DNA of 62,677 nucleotides, filler included, from It is 9 parts of 9 records of this genome, joined end to end, with 100 filler letters (N's around TTAATTAATTAA, not from the genome) between each part and the next. Parts side by side here need not be neighbours in the genome. Positions count along the whole stretch, not along the records: positions 57,243 to 62,677 come from SRR15195285_1373; 8 more parts are not named here. One strand, 5' to 3'. Shown piece by piece: positions 62,027 to 62,677 of this stretch (position 1 is its first letter; each line of letters starts with the position of its first letter). The notes under the pieces were generated by a model. It saw only the letters and a program-made list of their open reading frames with translations, ran no database searches and was not told where the DNA came from. The position numbers and the translations under genes were made by a program.

Positions 62027-62677
62027 GCTCGCTCCGGCTCGCACACGGCGTGTGGCGGAGACTGCGCTCTCTTGCCCACCGTGGGTCTGCCACAGCTGCG
62101 CTCTCTGTGGGGTCCGCGGGTGGGCGAGAGAGCGCAGTCTTCCGAGACTTCGACGACGCCGTAGACCGGCTGGATGCCCCGCCAGCTCTCGGCGCTGCTC
62201 AGGCCTCACGCCCTGTTTGGTGTCAATCAAAAAGCGCTCCTCAGCTCAGCAACCCCTTGCACAACCGTCACGCAGTCCAAGACGGTGAAGCAGCTGCTGC
62301 GCCTGCCTCCTCCCCGTCCCCCCCCTCTCTCTCTGTGCCAGCCAGCGTGTGTCTAGCCGGAACAGCGCTCCGCGTTGGCGTTGGGAACCAACCTCCCAGC
62401 TCCAAAAATCACAGCCCTCCCTCCCTCACCTCCCCCCCTCCCCGCCCCCCGCCCCGTGCCCAGAACGGCCCGTAGCGCGCGAATCGCGCCCCGTAACGGC
62501 TGGTAACGGCTGCGTTTGAAGGGGCGCTGCGGGCTAGCCCGCCATCTCCACGGCCATTTCCGAATGAACAAATCTCACTGACCAACAGACGGACCCGAGA
62601 ACTCTCACGGAGTATATACCGGTATGTAGAACTCACTGATAAATTAGGCAGACTCCGCGGACCGCCCCGAGACACTG

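Noticed and set aside
15991-62677. Gene cluster or operon-like system spanning the window
   Set aside because: The genes lie on nine separate contigs, so order across linkers is arbitrary
1-62677. tRNA, rRNA, transposase, reverse transcriptase or viral hallmark genes
   Set aside because: No recognisable signatures by eye; a covariance-model scan would be needed to exclude small RNAs

Overview
This is eukaryotic (protist) nuclear DNA, not one continuous locus. Nine contigs are joined by eight artificial 100-bp linkers (44 N + TTAATTAATTAA + 44 N). Genes use the standard code and have GT-AG spliceosomal introns; exon structures were reconstructed by eye. Recognisable genes: an ACAD10/11-type acyl-CoA dehydrogenase with a PTS1, a ~4090-aa inner-arm axonemal dynein heavy chain (DNAH7/3/12 group), a PhyH dioxygenase, a Maf pyrophosphatase, a nitronate monooxygenase/FabK-like flavoenzyme with a PTS1, a pectin acetylesterase/Notum-family esterase, and MORN, ankyrin and cNMP-domain proteins. 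There are also several large secreted or membrane mosaic proteins. The most interesting signal is a pair of related Cys-rich-ectodomain, ~9-TM (fungal TRP/Flc-like) membrane proteins with different cytoplasmic tails. One carries a centrin-like EF-hand lobe; the other carries a tandem duplicated domain that resembles an ADP-ribosyltransferase (Gig2/Tox-ART-HYD1/PARP-like) fold. A second highlight is a ~2400-aa secreted protein with three lectin-like repeats and eight CBM-like repeats carrying Cys-rich loop inserts. The organism is a flagellated microbial eukaryote, tentatively Picozoa-like (inference only). No database searches were run; all family calls come from motif recognition.
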